DNA from: Chlorokybus atmophyticus
Lineage: Eukaryota; Plantae; Mesostigma and Chlorokybus algae
Reading direction: 5' to 3'
Length of the DNA stretch: 64,000 bases
NCBI GenBank assembly: GCA_009103225.1
Contig: RHPI01003533.1
Location: 62,001 to 126,000 of the forward strand
The position numbers were made by a program, and so were the translations under genes. Below are positions 1 to 13,035 of the stretch, piece by piece. Each line of letters begins with the position of its first letter. Position 1 is the first letter of the stretch. The notes beneath the pieces were generated by a model, which was given only the letters and a program-made list of their open reading frames with translations, was not told the DNA's origin and did not search any database.

Positions 1-1774
1 GGTCGTTTCAGGTGTAACAACAGCGTGACCGGGCGAGCTGGCGGGTTGGTCGGTGCCCTCCGAGACTGGCATGGTCGTGATGTTGGGTTCGTCTGAGACA
101 GTGCCGGCTTCGGCTCGCTCTTGTCGCCTTGGTGAAGGCGCCCTCATTGGGTTCCTGCAGGGACATAATGGTGTATAACAAGTTGACGAGTGGCTGCCAC
201 AAACTCACACGTTATACAAAGAGAGTAGCAGAGTGGCTGGACAAAGTGTTGACAAGAAACAACAAGACACTTACAATGCCTTCTGAACTTTGAGCGTGCG
301 AGTGATGTTCTTGAAAAAGGTCACTGGCAAGTTATCAAGCTTTTCCATGATCTGCTGCGCTCTCTCTGCAAACACCATCATACAAATTAACACACGATCA
401 GCAACAGAAACTAACCTGACCACAAAGTAATATATTTCCAAGGCCTTACCTTCGCTCTCGACATACAGAAAGCCAAAGCCCTTGGTGAAAAAGTATTTCG
501 TGCCAGGGTTGTTAGCGGAAGCTTCCTTCATCTTATCGCTATCGTAAGCCACCCTCATCTTCATTCGCGTTGACCCGTCGTCTATCATGCTCATCAGCTG
601 TGGTAAACAGTTGCCCTGCACACAATTGAGACTATGAGCTACTGCGTAGCTTGATTCCATATATGCTATGTGCTAAAATGTACTGCTGTGTTGCTTGCTT
701 TTGCGCATATAGCATACGGGAAGTGCATGAGCCTATACGCTGACCACACAAACGTACCCTCAAAGGTATGCCTCCAACGTACAAACACGGCACTCCAGCC
801 TGTCTATACCACTCATCACCTGCACACATAACATAAGAACAGAGTGCTATTAAGTATAGCGGGATGCAAAATTTTGGGCCGGCGAGAAGCTGAATACCAA
901 CGTGATACAAAAATAGGTATGTAAACATCAGCTGCTGAAGGTTAAGGGTTTAGTGATGCAAGCAGTGGAACGTTCGCACCTGTGTTGAAATCTCGTTGTC
1001 CCCTTCTCTCAAAGTTGTTTTCAGTGGTAGCTGCATCAGTGGTAGCTGCACTGGACTCCGTGCAGTAAGGCTGTGCTGGTTGAAACACAAAACTGCCAAC
1101 ATACCACAAAGCTGCATCAGCGAGATCTCATGCCATTGCTTCACAATGCGCTATTCAAGCTCATTTTGATAGCCAACAACTGGCAATAGCGCTGGTCGTA
1201 ATCCTGCGTCTAGTAAGCAATGACAGTAGTATACGCTGCAATGGCAGCCCTGACGCGCCCTCACGATCAGCGTCGCTGGTATTCGCTGCAACACTGTCGA
1301 TGACAAACGACTTACGTTCACCAAAAAAACTAAGGGCATGTTTATACTAAACATCAACTGCATACATGCAGCATGTTAACCCACACATTATATGCATATA
1401 TGAAGCACTACTTGTCCACATGCAGGCAGCAACCAATTCACTTGCTATCGCTTGACACGTCGTACATACAACTGCTGAGCCAGCATGACGGTCGTGAACA
1501 GCATGCAATTAAACTCAGTAGTAAGCTGGATCTGCTGAACAGCACATCAACGCCGAGGCGAAGCCAAGGCCTTCTCTCACCTGCGCTGTGGGAAGGCTAG
1601 CGAGCAATGGGAAGAGGGCGGGAGCATGCGGGAGCTAGCAGCGGCGGCCAGGGCATGCCAAGACCTCTGCTGGAAAGTGGCGGCATGCCTGACGCCTGCG
1701 CCCGAGCCCGCAGCCGCCGCAAGCTGCCGCTGCACAGCTAACAACCCCCGCAGCCCTCGCTGCCCGCACGCCAT
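1..1774 (-). CDS. RRM-domain protein, multi-exon, 3' end runs off the window; putative N-terminal organelle transit peptide
   Basis: Exon 758-819 (GDEWYRQAGVPCLYVGGIPLR, RNP2-like LYVGGIP) joins in phase to exon 275-615 (...KGFGFLYVESEGKALE, RNP1-like). A gtaagt donor at 274 joins in phase to an exon open from 154 to position 1. An upstream exon near 970-1075 also joins in phase. Exon 1582-1774 (MACGQRGLRGLLAVQRQLAAAA...) is Arg/Ala/Ser-rich; its link to the rest was not resolved. Confidence 0.55.
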
Positions 1775-2127
1775 GGATGCTGACCCTAACTACCGACCTC
1801 AGCTACTAACCCCCAGCTAACCCTTGAAGAACACCACACGCATGCAACGCCCACCGCCACCGCCGCCGCCGCCAGCACCGCCGCCACCGCCGCCGCCGCT
1901 GAGTTCTGCTGAACACAGGTTAGGGTAAAGGATCAGTGAACATCTTCAGTTCGACAGTCCACAAGTGAGAAACATATTTCGCAGCTTCTTCCAGCAGGCA
2001 GCAAGGCGTGTTGGAATGAGATTTGCCACAAGTTGGGCCATGAAAACTTTTCCTGCAGCGTGACAGCACGGTTAGACCTGACCGCAATGACATGGCAGAT
2101 ATCTGTTATTGATCTTAATATCGCCTG

Positions 2128-2154
2128 TTTTAGGGTTTTACAAAATTAGGGTTT
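2128..2154. promoter_or_regulatory. Two telo-boxes (TAGGGTTT) upstream of SNIP1 in a divergent promoter
   Basis: tttagggttt at about 2128-2138 and attagggttt at 2145-2154, 60-85 bp before the ATG at 2213; tgggcc (site II-like) at about 2034; gttagggt at 1919-1926. Confidence 0.6.
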
Positions 2155-2212
2155 GCTGCTGGCGTTGTGAGTAGCGGCGGTGTTGCCATTGTTGGCGGCG
2201 TCGTTCACGTGG

Positions 2213-5200
2213 ATGGCGGGGGATCACGGGCGCAGACGCAGGTGAGTCACCAGGCAAGCATGCGCTAATTGACATGCGATTCATTATTTGCAATCACTAC
2301 ATTCACTCTGTCAGTAAATTGCCCGTCAGCTTTGTGTTGTCCACAATGCAAGCCTATTTCTGACCAAGCGCATGCAAGCTTAGCTGATCCCGCTTCAACG
2401 TGTAACAAATCTCGTGCAACATGCCATAATTTCAGTAATTGCAACCTCCGATCATACTGTGTCGTTTGGTGCATCCTCGCAACATGCAAATTGCTCAAGC
2501 TCAGGTAGAAAACAGAATGATTGATTTCCGTTCCATCACAATCTTGAGCTCTTTGTGATCCGCATCTGTGTCAATGCGCATGTTGCGGAAGGTTTGCTTG
2601 TATAAGCATTGATGTTGTCAACAGGTGTGGTGTGCTTGCTCTAATACTTCGCTGCCTCCGTTGTGGTCTTGTGCTGCTCTCTTATTCTTGATTGACTTCG
2701 TCTGTCGTCGTACAAACCTGTCACAGCGGCTGTTGTGTTAGTCAGGAACAACCCTCTTTTGTCTGCTGATATTTCCGTCATGGTTATCGCTGTGGTTTTT
2801 CATACACATCTTGCAGTTAAAGTGTCATCAACTCAGAGGTCACCCAGACCGTTCATACCATACCGATCACACCAGTTCAGTTACCAATGCAGGTCAGCGT
2901 CTCCCGATTCTCCTTTACCACGCAGCAAACACGGCAAGCATGAAGAACCAGAGGATCACAATGCTAGACATAAACTCAATGAAAAAGACAACGACAAGGT
3001 TATGGAAGGAGACCACGACAGAGAAAGAGACAACAGAAGAGACAGAGACAGGAGCAGAGATGTAGGAAGGCGCAAGGATTCAGGCAGAGATAGCGGGAGG
3101 GATGGGGATAATGAGAGGGGGCGAGAGAGTGGGAGGGGGAGGGAGAGGGAGGGTGATGTTGGGTCAGAATGGGATGGGGCCAGGGCGGGAGAAAGAGACC
3201 GTCAACGAGGTAGAAGCAGGGATGGTGGTGATGACGGTAAAGCAAGTGAGCGGTCGGGCAGGTGAGGCTGCTCTGGCATGCATGTGCCTGCCAGTTGATG
3301 AGTTTGCTTATCATCATAACAGCCTTATTGTGGTATGACAGAAAGCAAGCGTCATTTATGAGGGCGAATACGGAGGCAACGCTAAAGCGCAGCAGAACAG
3401 GCGGGTCGCCCAGGCGCAGGAGGTAATGTACAAGACACCGATCACTTATATGTGCCCACTCTTCTAAGGCGGTCATGTTGATCAAGCATGCACGTGCGTG
3501 CGTGTTTGTGTGCCTGCACACTCCTGCAGTAACTCATGAACTTGCACATACGTTTTCCATCACATGTCTGCATGCAGTCGTGTTACTGGGTGGCTCTAGA
3601 TGACAAGTAAACAATGGCCATAGCTGCTCAATTGGAATTTGAAGTTGTACTCAAGTGGCATGCATACAAGCAAGTAGTTGGCAGTAGTGCTGGAGGCACT
3701 TGTTGAGTAGGCGTCATCAAGCAACCTAGTGATGGACTTGGCTGGATGCAGAGATAGCGAAATAAGTGAAGACGAGGGTCCAGCTTCGCGCCATGCAATA
3801 CGACATGTAAGTTACAAAAGTGGCAGACCTGGAGTGCATGCTGTTGCTCTGTCACTGTGTAGGAAACTTCAGATGGTTCATTTATACGTTGTTGTCATGT
3901 GAAACGGAGACTGGTTGTGTACATGACGTTGTATGAGAGTCTGCCGTTGAAGTCTCTGCCTTTGTTGTGGGAATCCGCATGATCAGGAGCTCTCGGTAAT
4001 ACAGACTTGAGTGGCGATTACCATTACCCGAGCTGTCTACGCTGTAGTGGCACGCTGAGGCCTTATGCATACAGCAGTTTCACGTGTGCCTCTATACTGG
4101 CTTACCACTCATGAACGCAAAGGATACAGCACAATACAATATATGCGTACACCGACAAGGCGCACGGTATCCAGTCCGTTGCATGGGATATCCCGTAATA
4201 GACGATTCAATTCCACCTTTTACAAGCTCAACAGCACAGTTCATGCAGAGATTTACCAGATCATTGTTTGTTCTGACCAACGTGTTGTGCACGCTCCCAG
4301 GTGGCAGACACTGCACAGCAAACGGACGACTCTCTGGCACGCATGGATGCTGCCGCCAAGGCTCTTGAAGAGGTGCGCTTTGCAGATGAGGTTGTACACT
4401 GTTTGGGGTTGCATACTCTAACCTGGTTCTTTCAAGCAGAAAAGCAAGCCAACTTTTGAGCTTTCTGGAGCGCTGGCCAAAGAAACAAATAGTATCAAAG
4501 GTGCAGAGTTCTAATCAATCAAGAGCAATTGTCAATAACAGTACACAGAGTGAGGGGTCTGAGCCGCCAGTGAGGTTTGCATGGCTCGCGAGTTGAGCGT
4601 TCCTGCCTGCGTGCAGGTGTTGCATTGGTTTACACTGAGCCGCCTGAAGCACGGAAGCCCTCAGTGCGGTGGCGGTTGTACGTGTTTAAGGAGAATGAGC
4701 CTCTCAAAGACCCGTTATACATCCACCGACAGAGTTGTTACCTTTTTGGCAGGGAACGACGGGTAAGTGCGTGTTCTAACAAGAAAGCTCTCTCATTGCT
4801 TGATGTTGGGAGAAAGTTTGTGCAGCGGTTGTCTCCATCCTGACAATGCCACCTGCTCACTTGCAGGTGGCTGACGTTCCTACAGATCACCCCTCATGCA
4901 GCAAGCAGCATGCTGTTTTGCAGTACCGGCTGACGGAGTCTGAAAACGATGACGGGATGATGGTGAAGCGCATCAAGCCATATGTCATAGACCTCGGAAG
5001 CACCAACGGAACCTTCCTCAATGTACGCAACAGCACTGTGCTGCTGCCATATGTTATTGCCAACATCTTTGTGTGACGACATGTGCGGGTGCAGGGTTGA
5101 TCCGCGTCACATGTTGGTGTAGTGGGTTGTGAAGCTGTTTCTGCTCCTGCATGGTGCGTGCCGTAGTCCAGTTGTGCATCTTGGCAAAGCAGTCTTTCTG

Positions 5201-5440
5201 TTGTGCAGGGTGAGCGCGTTGAGGTACAGCGGTACTACGAGTTAATGGAGAAGGATACATTACGTTTTGGCAACAGCAGGTACCTACCTGCACTCTGTTT
5301 ATTCCTTAACCCGGTTGCTGGTTGTGCATTGCAAGTGCAGATCTGCAGGCACTGTTGTCATTGATGGTATTAACATGTGCTATCGGAACCATGCGTGCAG
5401 TCGAGAGTATGTGCTGCTCCACGAGAATTCATCATCATGA
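2213..5440 (+). CDS. SNIP1: FHA-domain protein SNIP1/Pml1/DAWDLE (RES complex, miRNA biogenesis), multi-exon
   Basis: Exons 2213-2241 and 2893-3261 (RD/RS-rich) join in phase. Later exons give KPTFELSGALAKETN, VALVYTEPPEARKP..WRLYVFK..IHRQSCYLFGRERR, VADVPTDHPSCSKQHAVLQYR..PYVIDLGSTNGTFLN and YYELMEKDTLRFGNSSREYVLLHE. Stop TGA at 5438-5440. Confidence 0.95.
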
Positions 5441-5791
5441 TGTGCGGCGCCATGAAGGGTGCTGCCACCACCTAACCGCGAGAAGCAGGTCGTGAGAAGT
5501 GTCCAATTACAGAATTTGAAGGGCTCTCTGGCCAGCTGTAAGGCTTGCAGTCTGTGAGCTGCATTTCAACTGCGCAAATCTATTACCGAGGCACCAGTCA
5601 ATTTGCATGTGTGGTCAGTACTTATGTATGCAATGAACTGGACAGTCACAGCATCAAGAGCGCATGAGCTGTACTTGCTGGACCACTGTTGCAAAAGATG
5701 GCCCTCTATGTAACAACGCAATCTGCGCAATGGAGTCCACTGTGTGACCCACTAAAATCCCATACGTCACACAGTGTTGAGGCCCTCAACG

Positions 5792-8700
5792 TCATGAAGT
5801 TGAAATGCGTTCGGCTAACCGCCTGTACACAACTCTGTTGTCGCGATCACAAGCGCCGAGCACCCGCTCCTGCACAGCGATGTGGTGTGTGTGGTGTGTA
5901 GCGGCGATGCAGGCATGCATAAAACAATAGCAGTGCCGTAGCTGCACGCACCTTCACATACGTAGGGGTTAAGAACAGGCCCAAAGCGTGTATCATATGC
6001 TGCAAATCATCGCGCTGCACAGGCAGGAGGGTGTTGGGTGTGAGGCGCATGCAACACATTCATACTTGCATAGTGTACACCATGTGAAAGACAGCGACTT
6101 GCCTTGATGAAGCCACAGGCGGACCGATCAGAAAGTCGGAAGGCCTGCATGCGCGATTCATGAGGAAGACTAAGTGCCTAGTCACAGTAAAGACGTCCAA
6201 CTGCACTGTACCTGAAGCAATTCATGATCGATCTCAACTTTGGTAGGCTCCTCCTGTGACAACAGAAGATCATTGTAAAGTTCTAGTGCAGCCTGGCACA
6301 TTACTGACCAAACAAGATCAAACCTTGTCGGCTGCCTTCACGGGAGTGTCGTCAGACGCTGGTGCATCTGACTTCAACTCTGGATTGTCAGCTTCAGGTT
6401 TTGCATCCTAACCATGCATGTTGATTAGCACATGTCGCACTGCTTTGGCTCTACTTTCTCCACAAGTCAACACAAATCTGACCCACCCACCCACCCCACC
6501 CCCCTTCCTGACACAATGGTCAAGGTTAAAGTGCAGTCACAGCTACAGTTTGACGTGACAACCAACAACAAGGTACCTCTTGAGGAGTTGTGCCTTGTGG
6601 GAGCTCATCAAACTTTGACTTCTTCCTGCGCGGCTGCTCCTCAAGTGGAGAGCGCAATCTCTTTAGTGTTGATGCCGAGTTCTCTTTGGGAAGGCCCCCT
6701 CTGGCATGCACAGCCTACAGAGAAGGCAGTCAAGAATACAATTTGCTGACAATGTTATGGCGGACATGACTTCTGCTGACTAATGCATGCAACTCTGCGC
6801 TGCAGGGCACTGATCTGGTTGAGTACTCTGTGCAACGTACCTCCAACGCGGACAGGATCAACTTCGCAGCATCCCGCTGCAGCATTTCATTGAACAGCTC
6901 GGCAAATAGTGAAACCTGAGAACCACGTAATGTTCACCATGTCTGCGCATGGCCTGCATGTGGCAGATGGAGTGCAAGATTACCTCAAAAGTGGGTTCAT
7001 CCCTATCATCGATCTGATACTCCAGAAGACCGTCTAGTGACAGAGAGATAGCGCGAGTCTGCATCCACACAATGAGAGTTGATGACAGCACCACACTAAG
7101 AACTTTTGCAACAACTGCAGCAGATGGCATGAGCAGGTGCATAGGCAATGGCAGAAGGTAGCGGTAGTATGCTTACCTTGCAGGTGCTTGTTTGTTGGGT
7201 CTTAACCGCTATATAAGGGGGCGGCAATGGTTCAGCTTTTACAACGACGGCGCTATTCACGTCGCTGGACTGTTCTGCTGTCGCAGCAGGCTTGTCTGCT
7301 GTTACCCCTTCTGCAGGCGCGCTCGTCAATGCTTCTAAAGCACTCTCAGATGGTTGCTCGCCAACACCAGCAACATGATTCGCATCCACGGCTTGATCTA
7401 TCTCAACTTTCTCGGTCTGCCCAACACCTAATGCACCAGGCTGCTCAGCAACATGCACCCATGGCATACACAGCTGCGTTGTGACAAAGTGTGCATTGAT
7501 CGTGTTGTACAACATTTGAACTTTAGCGAACGATTATCGCTTCAACCGTGAACGGCCTGCACACGAAGGCATAGCAGTTTGACAACTAGACGACTTACCA
7601 TTGGCCTCTGCCAAGGCATGCTCGGCTTGTGTGACCAGGTTGGCAGGTTCCTGACGTGCCTAATAACACACAAGGGCATTCAGACAACAGCATCAGCAAC
7701 AACTGAAGTGTTGCGCAGAGTACAATGCAAACCTCTACAGCTTTGCGTTCAAGCTGTTGCTGCTTCCAGACTAGAGGCCATTCTTCCACTGATGGCATGA
7801 GTGTCCACACGTCAGGGACGAATATGACAGTGACTTCATTGTGCTTAGCACGGTGATAGTGTATGTCCAGAAACCGTAGCCATGTCCGGCAGCCACTGAG
7901 ATCAATCTGTTAATGCAGAACTTGCCCAGTGAGCACATGTGCCTACCCATTGAGCGCGTGTGCACATTAAAGCAGGTAGCCACTATGCCCACACGCACTT
8001 ACCTGTGTTTGATCCTTTGTTGTACGGATAGCAGTGCGAACCAAAGCGCTCTGTTCTGTGGCTGGATCGCCACCGTCAAGCTCCGCAGACCAGCTCCTGC
8101 AATGTCAAAGCGCCATACTCAGTCTGGCAAGCAAGTCCAGCTGCCTGCATTCTAGTTTACAGATTCGGTGCTATTGCTCCATAAAAGAATTTCGGGAGGC
8201 TGTGTACCAAACTTGTCACGTGGTCATCACCACACAACGAACTAGAGCTGGCAATCACAAACCAACCCAACGCACCCGCCGATGGCACCAATCACAGGGT
8301 TGCGTTTAGCTTTGCTGTCACTGGGATCCAGCGGTTCGAAGCGGACAGTCAGGAACCGGAGAAGGCCGCCTATATGCAGTGGTGAACCTCCAGGTGCAGG
8401 TTCTTGAGAGATGCTAGCCAGCGCTTCATTGCTCACACCAGTCAGTAGCATAACCTGTACGCAGGTTTCTGTCAGCACAGGGTCTGCTGTCTTGCTACTC
8501 CAATACGCAACAGATGTTCAGTGATAGCGATGCACGGCGTACTTTGACATTCCAAACAGTTGCAACTGTTGCGCTGTTTGTTGAAGTTCCAAAGAGGTTG
8601 GCATTGGCAACTGCGTCCATTGATTCGACCTTTTGAGCAGGATTCCCATCATTGGCCTCAACCTTTGTAAGTGTTGCGTCCCCTTCAGTGCCTACGGGAC

Positions 8701-11700
8701 TGCCAATACCACATCAGAGATGAGGCTCAATTCAACTAAAAGCTGCAGAGTGAAGCACATGCTTGATGTAGATGTAGTTAACAGTCAATGATGCATTGTA
8801 CAGAAAGAACATGACTTGCACCAGTTCAGAGTGCTGCACAGCTTGCCTGCTTGAGATATTGCCTTTGCTAAAATCCACCAACTCCATTTTGAAGTTAACG
8901 GGATGGTTTAGTGGAATGCGCTGCAGCGCGGTTGGTGCCATACCGCATGCTACAACTTTGCTGAAGTCAGGTACAACATACAACTCCCTGTACCGCTGTG
9001 ATAACTCGAGGACATCACGCTCTTCCGTGACAAAACTGTGCGTTGGAGGTTTAACGTCATAATCTGGAAGAGGTGGTGATCGCCTGCACTACCACATGTA
9101 AGTGACATTACAGAACAACTATTGACATGGTCAACTGCTTCAACACACCTCCTTTCTGTCTCTTGGCGTGAGCTCTCTGTCTTTCGTGGGGAAGGTGACC
9201 GCGGGTTTGCCTCACGAGATGGAGAACGGCGACTATACGTATCTCGGGACGGTGAGCGATGACTGCGATCTCGCAACTCTCTGCAAGCATAAAGACTGTT
9301 TGCTCTGCTCTTCATGTGATCAGTGATTACGTTTGCTCACATGCTGATACAGCGCGACAATCAACCATGTTGACACGTACGTGCGAGGCCGATCGCGGTC
9401 AGAAGATTTCTCCCTGTATCGTCCATGATCTCGGTCTCGGTCTTTGTCTCGTTCGTGACCATGACCATCGGAACGCGTGCGGTCACGCTCGTTATCTTTG
9501 GTACGATCCTGTTCGCGGTCTTTGGGCTTCGACAGATCACGGCCGCCATAGCGATCAGTGGGCATTGCGCGTTCATGACTCCGTGATGCTTGATCATAGC
9601 CTCCACTGGGTCCAGACACCCTGCCCCCTATCATGCATTGAATGTTTACCTCTCTCACAATGCACTCATGAATACTGCTGCAATGTAGCCCATGCGGCAT
9701 GCTGCGGATAGGTGCGCTGTTGAAGGTACCATGATAGCCTCCGCGTCCGCGATCTGGACCTCCAAAACCTCCTCGTCCAGATGAAAACCCTCCACGTGCA
9801 TACGGTGCTTCTGACCTTCCACCTCCTCGGCCATATGAGTCGCTGGGACCATATCCCTGTGCTCGCCCGTATGTGGACTCGTGACGTCCATAGTCTGGCC
9901 TGGGTCCTGCTTAGAGAAACATACAACAAAGCAACCAAAATCAAGCAAGCTGCGATACCCGAACTGTCAGCATGTGGTAAGATTTTACACCTACTACCTG
10001 CACTTCTACCATGCGCACTGGCTCCGTGTGATGCCCCCACATGCGCTCCCCTGCGTAAGAATGACAGTATGAGTGCATCAGATTGCACACAGTCATGGCA
10101 ATCTGTGCGGTTAACTTCAAGGCCCTGAGCTGTATACAGATAACATCGCACACCATAATCGCTGAGACCATATAAACACAAGGATGAAGCAGGTCAAGCA
10201 GGGTAAGCAGTTATATAAGCAAAAGTAAGCAGTGTTAACAGCAGGTGGACGAGCCGTTCGACGTGAAGAAACAATCACCTTCCCGGACCATCTCGGTGCT
10301 GCTGTTGCATGGGTTGTGTTGGCTGCCGTGCATAGGCTTGCTGCTGGTAGGCTTGCTGCTGCTGCAGCAATGACACATGGAGGTCGGATCCCGCAAGTTT
10401 TATGACACTCTGCTGACATACCCGGCTGACAGATGTACAGCAGACAAGCTAAACAGGGTGCTGAAACTCTGAGCAATGGTAAGCCACATATGTATGACAA
10501 ACATCTCTCCTGACCTCAATGGACAACAAAACAAACCCTTGTGCCTGGCTGGCTGACTACCCTGAGCTCGACCATGCTTGGACAAGCGCGTCATGCAAGC
10601 ACACATGCAAGGTAACCGACCTGAGCACCTACTGGCATCGAAGTTGGCACGGTGTGCCTTTCGGGAGTGCGCTCTGGTCGGCCGCCAGTGGAAGGTGCAT
10701 AAGAGTACAGTCCTGGTGCCGCAGTCGCAGAAGTACGCCCTACGTCAGGCTGTAGAGATGCCTGCCAAACAACTAACAACTTAGCACCAGTGGGCTGTTG
10801 ATCGTGCTGTCACAATGCAGACTGCTGAACACTTGGCAGCGACCTGTGCCATGCGTGCAGATGGAGGTGCTGAGTCCATGCGATCACTGGAACGGGCACC
10901 ATATGCCGAATAGCCGTGCGGGTCCATCTGTGCATTCGACAGCAGTTAGCAGCAAGCAGATAAGCATGATGCACATTGCGGGGAGTTACCGCTGGTGTTT
11001 GCGCAGATGCGCCACGATAGCTTGCCGTAGCTGGGTGATACTCAGTTCCAACCTGCATTTGTCCACAACCAACACGCATTGTTGCATGCTACTGTTGTAG
11101 CTTAGCATGCACTACTTTCAGCCGCAAGTGCACCTGCTGAATTGCCGCTGCCCTGGACACGTCCTGTAGGTTAGTCCCTGTGGCTTGCAAGTAGCTACTT
11201 GGGCCCTTGGCAGCCTGGTAGGCGGCAGCATCTCCACTGGCTGCTGATGGGTATCGCACTTGTGATGTGTAACCACCAGGTGTCTGCTGGTAGGCAGAAG
11301 TTGATGTTGGCTGGTAAGCACTGCTCGAGGTAGGCTGGTAGCTTGTGGGCGTATACGCAGCCTTAATGCAGCACACACTCAAGTCAGCCACCTGTCTCCA
11401 TTACACGAGAACCATCGCAGCCAATGCAGCTGCATGACAGTACCTCCGATCTTGTCTGTGAACTCCCTGTGTAACCGCCTTGCGCATACTGGTCATACAA
11501 TGGTTGCGCTGTGCTACTCTGCGATGTTGCTGCAACTGTCAATATCCAGCTCAAACCAACCACAACAAGTACACGTGCGCACACGCTCACGCACATTCAC
11601 ACTGAGTCTGACCTGGGTATATAGCGCCTGAGGCTTCTCTGCAGCATAAGTTTGCTGGCCCTGTGCAACGTACTGTTGTGCTGGCTGCGCTGTGCTGTAT

Positions 11701-12640
11701 TGCTGTGCAGCATATGGCTGTGACGATGTTGGCCTCTGTGCGCTGAACTGTGAAGCCGTGTAGTCATCATATTGACTGCCATACGCTCCTACAGTTGCAC
11801 CAAGTGCTGCAGAACCCTGCCATTCACAGTACACAGCCACCTATATGTCACTGACTGGAACAAATAACTTCCAAACAATATGGACAGGGAAATGAAAGCC
11901 TACTGCGCAAGCAACTCTCACCTGCTGCCCGTATCCATCCTGACGTGCATGGGGTTGCTGCTGCTGATAACTAGTGCTACCATAGCCGGCGTATGCGTCA
12001 TAACCCTGTTACATCAACAGTCCGTTTACAGTATGTACTCAGGGCGGATGTATGCTAGAATACAGCACGCGGCAACGACCCCGAGGTCTCAGTGACTGCT
12101 CACAAGCACTGAGCATGCCAACGCGTGCACCAGCGTGCCACACCATGCAATGATATCCACATGTTGTGTTGCGTCATAGATAAGCAAATGAACCTTCCAG
12201 AAGCAGCTTTTGCCAGTGCAATAATGCCATCATCACTGCCAACCGCAAACGACTTGATCATCAAGGCGTGTTGTTAACTGCCAAGTCATTGTAGGTGCTG
12301 CACAGCGCTTGAACAGCGAAAACCGCCGAGGCAGTATATGCTGTTGTTGGCTGTGCAGGGTATGATGTATCCTTTGCTTGATCAAACAGTACGCGTGCTG
12401 AACCACGAAAACACTGCGCTTCATCTCGCCTAAATCTGCATTGTGCTCCCAAGAACGGAGTATGACGAACCCTAACTCTGGGATGACAATGCTGTTATGT
12501 GAACACCATGATGCACGAACAAGCGTTCCTGTACATGTAATTGCCGACAAGCCAACATGAGCTCAAACCTGCTGGCTAGCCCCTCCATGCCCACCGACAA
12601 CGCCGCCGCCGCCGCCGCCTGGGCGGTAATTGGGATCCAT
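5792..12640 (-). CDS. CCAR1: CCAR1/DBC1-family protein, plant RSA1/EMB1579-like, about 20 exons
   Basis: Start MDPNYRPGGGGG at 12640, then a Q/Y/S/G-rich N-terminus and an RS/RD region. Family-like blocks: ERDVLELSQRYRELYVVPDFSKVV, WNVKVMLLTG..LHIGGLLRF, IDLSGCRTWLRFLDIHY..VTVIFVPDVW (DBC1 domain), SLDGLLEYQIDDRDEPTFEVSLFAELFNEMLQ, and EF-hand-like LLQAFRLSDRSACGFIKRDDLQHMIHALG. Stop TGA at 5794-5792. Confidence 0.88.
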
Positions 12641-12707
12641 GCTCGCAACACACTGAATGGACGTTTGCCGCAATGCATGTTTGTGGTTTGTTGCGAATTT
12701 GTATTGG

Positions 12708-12861
12708 AAACCCTAATTTGGGAAGCCGCTTTTACAGCCGTTACTGACTGCCTGCAGAGTATCTTGCAGCCGTTGTTAGGGCTCTGTCACCATGTAGAAG
12801 TGGCTGTAGTGCACTCGGCGCATTTACGTGCCAGAAACGCCTGCGTAAAAAATTAGGGTTT
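12708..12861. promoter_or_regulatory. Bidirectional promoter with two oppositely oriented telo-boxes between CCAR1-like and SF3B2
   Basis: aaaccctaat at 12708-12717 and attagggttt at 12852-12861, inside the 395-bp interval between the two ATGs (12640 and 13036). Confidence 0.6.
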
Positions 12862-13035
12862 GGAGCTCGAGTTATGGTTGTTGTTACGCATATCGCTGTG
12901 CATGTTGGCGGGCGGCGACGGCGGTGGCGGAGGACGCGGCGTAAGAGGCGACGACCTTGTGCGAGAGGTGCAAATCTAGTGGCATTGGCGGGAGCAGTAT
13001 TTGGCGGGTGCGTGGTGGAATAGACACCTGCCGGC

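Noticed and set aside
1773-1820. Plus-strand MDADPNYRP resembling the CCAR1-like start MDPNYRP at 12640
   Set aside because: Only a short peptide match with different codons, followed by a stop; it is antisense to the putative first exon of the RRM gene, so it is treated as coincidence.
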